DNA of 64,000 nucleotides from Eledone cirrhosa (lineage: Eukaryota): contig OZ024743.1 of assembly GCA_964016885.1 (NCBI GenBank), positions 41,478,001-41,542,000 of the forward strand. Direction: 5' to 3'. Below, one piece after another: positions 60,753 to 64,000 of this stretch (the stretch's first letter is position 1; every line of letters starts with the position of its first letter). The notes beneath the pieces are model-generated. The model was given only the letters and a program-made list of their open reading frames with translations, was not told the DNA's origin and did no database searches. The position numbers and the translations under genes are program-made.

Positions 60753-61964
60753 TTGTATTAAAACTTTATTCAATATTATATCGTGTCGCACACGCCTAAT
60801 TGCTTCTAATTTAAGCACACTGCCAAAAATGCGTTTCGTGGAAAAAGAACGTTCATTGTAGCAAGACTAATGTTTCAATAGTTCAATATGTATTCGATCT
60901 ATAAAGGATGAAAGACATTTCTTCGATTTGAAGGTACCGTCCTCTACCCATCTATCAAGGAAACATCGAAAAGCGATCATTGTCACTGCGCATATGGTCT
61001 AACAGATAAAGAAATTATATTTTAGTAATATAAATCAATTAAGGTCCCGTAATTGTTGCAGCCATTCTAGAAGTTTCACTGTATGTCCATTAGAGCAATT
61101 CAATGGGCATTAGAAATACTTGAATATTCCAATCTATACCCCAATAATATACTTTCTGCTATTCTTTTAGGGTTTACACAATTAAATAACCCAGGTATCT
61201 CATCACAAATTATCCAACACCAATACTTCACAGTAACCAACAAATCGCTTCCGGCACGGATGAATGCCTGTCCATTCGTTAATCACTAATTGAAATAGCA
61301 GATAGATTATTTCGGCGATGTGGCGTAACTATATATTTCTCCTTCTAATTGACATTGAAATAAGGCTGATCACTGCAATTTCCCCGCCTCTTCCTTCTCT
61401 CTTTCTCTCATTATCACTGTATGTCTGTTTGTCTGTCTATATCTCTCTCTTTCTTTCTCTCACTCAGCGTGGGAATGAATGAGCAGTGGATGTATATCTA
61501 ATAAGATTTGAATATAACTCTCTTTGTTTTCCTCCAAATACAAAAACATCGATGATTAGAGTAACGAATTGGAAGGTGTATGTTATGGCAACAAAAATGC
61601 ACCCACACACATACGCAGGCAGAGACATACGCACAACACACACATATACACAGGAAGACACACACGCAGAAACACGCGCAGACAGAAATATATATATATG
61701 ATAAAAAAGTATATATTTCAAAATCAATGATCATCTAACTGGAATTAGTAAATATGAGTTCTGATTGCAGCACAGGAAATGTATCACACAAAGAGAGAGA
61801 CAGAGTGAGAGAGAGAGAAAAGAAAGAGAGCGAGAGGGGGAGGGAGGGAAAGAGGAAAGGAGGCACATACATATACATACAAACAGAAGTTAAATATTTA
61901 AATACTAATATAAGCATCCAAAATAGAAACTCTCGTCTATAGATTCAATCTTAATTGAAATAAT

Positions 61965-62149
61965 TGTTTCTACTTTAGGCACAAGGCCAGCAATTACCAC
62001 TGCATTACTGGTACTTTATTTTATCGACCCCGTAAGGATGAAAAGCATAGACAACCTCGGCGGGATTTGAACTCAGATCGTAAAGGGACGTAACTATGCT
62101 GGAAAGCATGGCGTCCGACACTCTACCGATACTGCCAATCCACCGCCCT
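61965..62149 (-). mobile_element. full tRNA-derived SINE with 16-bp target-site duplication
   Basis: Same family as 5152..5332; tcttaattgaaataat at 61949..61964 and 62150..62165. Confidence 0.85.
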
Positions 62150-62165
62150 TCTTAATTGAAATAAT

Positions 62166-62338
62166 GGTTTCTTATATAGGCACAATTTTGGGGGAGGGAA
62201 AAGTCGATTAAATCAATACCAGTGCATGACTGTTACTTTATTTTATCGACCCCGTAATGATGAAAGGCAAAGTTAACCTCGGCGGGATTTGAACTTAGAT
62301 TATAATGGGCCGTAATTCTAAGCTTTAAAGCAAGGCGT
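62166..62338 (-). mobile_element. SINE, 5'-truncated
   Basis: Same family body, with B-box AGTTCAAATCCCG on the minus strand. Confidence 0.8.
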
Positions 62339-62591
62339 TGAAATTGCAATTTGAGACTTTCAAAATATTTATTTATAATGATTTATGACTTTATCGGTTG
62401 CACAAGTTTCATGATTCTCAATCGTCAAGACAGATGGATGAATATGTGGCTATGCCGACTTAAGTTAGAAGTAGGCATAGCCACACATTTCTCTATCTCT
62501 CTTGACATTTGAATATCAGGAAACTTGTGCAACCGGTAAAACATAAATTAATGGAAATAAATCTTCTGAAAGACTCCAACAGCAGTTTCAA
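62338..62591. repeat. imperfect ~255-bp palindrome (MITE or fold-back-like)
   Basis: ttgaaattgc...cggttgcacaagtttc...tgtggctatgcc / ggcatagccaca...gaaacttgtgcaaccg...gcagtttcaa. Confidence 0.75.
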
Positions 62592-62677
62592 CTTCATTTA
62601 TATATATATATATATATATAGATATATATATACTTAGGAATGGAGCTCTGAATACATGAAGATATGTATAGTATATT

Positions 62678-63160
62678 TGGCAATATACTGTATGCTTAAT
62701 TAAAAACATTTTGAAGACCATGCGCTATTATTTTAAAGTAGTGACTATGTCACTTACTTCTTTTTTTAACAAACAAAGGGAGATAAGCTGACAGATCTGT
62801 TTCACACTGTTGTGATCATCAGAGCTTAGAATTCGCCGATGTTTGTTGAAAATTATAGATGCTGGAGCCTTATATGATTCCAGTAATAATCAGGAACTAC
62901 TAATTTTCAATTTTTACTGGACCGGCAATCGCTCTGTATATTCAATTCCTGATTATTACTGGAATTCTATAAGATCCAGCATTTATCATTTTCAACAAAC
63001 ACAGGCGAGTGCTAAGCTCTGATGATCACGAACAGTGTGAAACAGATCTGTCAGCTTATCTCCCTTCGTTTGTTGAAAAAAAGATGGAAGTAACATAGTC
63101 ATTACTTTAAAATACTAGCGCAAGGTCTTCAAAATGTTTTTAATTAAGCATACAGTATAT

Positions 63161-63165
<5 letters not shown>
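62678..63165. mobile_element. inverted PLE pseudo-LTR pair carrying hammerheads
   Basis: 62678..62896 approximates the reverse complement of 62946..63165; adjacent to (TA)n. Confidence 0.75.
63013..63058 (+). ncRNA. minimal type I hammerhead (GUC site); mirror copy at 62784..62828 (-)
   Basis: taagct-CTGATGA-tcacgaacagtgt-GAAA-cagatctg-TC-agctta. Confidence 0.75.
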
Positions 63166-63244
<79 letters not shown>

Positions 63245-63739
63245 GATAAAATGTGTATGTCAAACATGTTAAAGTTTGCTTCGATTATATATTTCTGGAT
63301 TATATATTTCAGTGATAGCCATTATTGGCCGTGACCTCATCAGGCAGTAAGAATACATATAGAGAAAACAGGTAAACATGATGTTGTAATGTGTTCTACC
63401 CTGTTAATTCATCGTTATGTCCAGCTCCTGGGTTTATTGTAAGTCCTCAAAAGAAACTGGAATCATATCGTTGAGTACTCCAACGTGCATACTGAGGTAT
63501 CGGTAAACAACCAACACATACTTAAAATTTATATACCAAAAGCTTATTTTGTTTATAAGCAGACAGTATTATTGATGTAGGGTTTTACCATCATTCCTGG
63601 GGTGCGTGTAAATATTACAATCATATCTTATTTTGTTTGACCCGGAAGTGGCGTTTCGCTAAATTCTACTCCTCATGAAATGCGATTCTCGCTAAATTTA
63701 TATGTGTATTTATATATATATATATTTATATATAGATAG

Positions 63740-63779
<40 letters not shown>

Positions 63780-63854
63780 TGAAAGAGAGATGGAGTGAGA
63801 GAGAGAGAGAGACAGAGATACATACAGACAGAGACATTTACAAATTGGTGAATT

Positions 63855-64000
63855 TGCAGTATCGGTAGAGTGTTGGACGCCATGCTTTCTAGCATAGTTA
63901 CGTCCCTTTACAGTCTGAGTTCAAATCCCGCCGAGGTTAACTTTGCCTTTCATCCTTACGGGGTCGCTAAAATAAAGTACCAGTAATGTACTGGGTAATT
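63855..64000 (+). mobile_element. tRNA-derived SINE (runs off the window)
   Basis: GCAGTATCGGTAGAG...GAGTTCAAATCCCG...ggggtcg. Confidence 0.85.

Overview
Eukaryotic, AT-rich, microsatellite-dense DNA. The tRNA-derived SINEs look like the abundant octopus SINEs, so a cephalopod origin is likely (recognised from memory, not searched). No host gene could be supported. The middle ~40 kb (about 12.3-52.7 kb) is an array of non-LTR retrotransposons joined mostly by (ATT/TAA)n tracts. About ten Tx1-clade (APE-RT) copies or fragments with four distinct 5'/ORF1 types all lie on the + strand. R4/Dong-type (RT-RLE) copies all lie on the - strand; one has an intact 1216-aa ORF. All five Tx1 copies that keep the ORF1/ORF2 boundary have a perfect GTAAGT splice donor and a pyrimidine tract there. 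In three copies, removing a 52-53 nt GT-AG intron would fuse ORF1 and ORF2 in frame. The flanks hold many Penelope-like remnants with minimal hammerhead ribozyme motifs and inverted repeats, often next to (TA)n tracts, plus SINEs, RTE fragments and an old R4/Dong copy.
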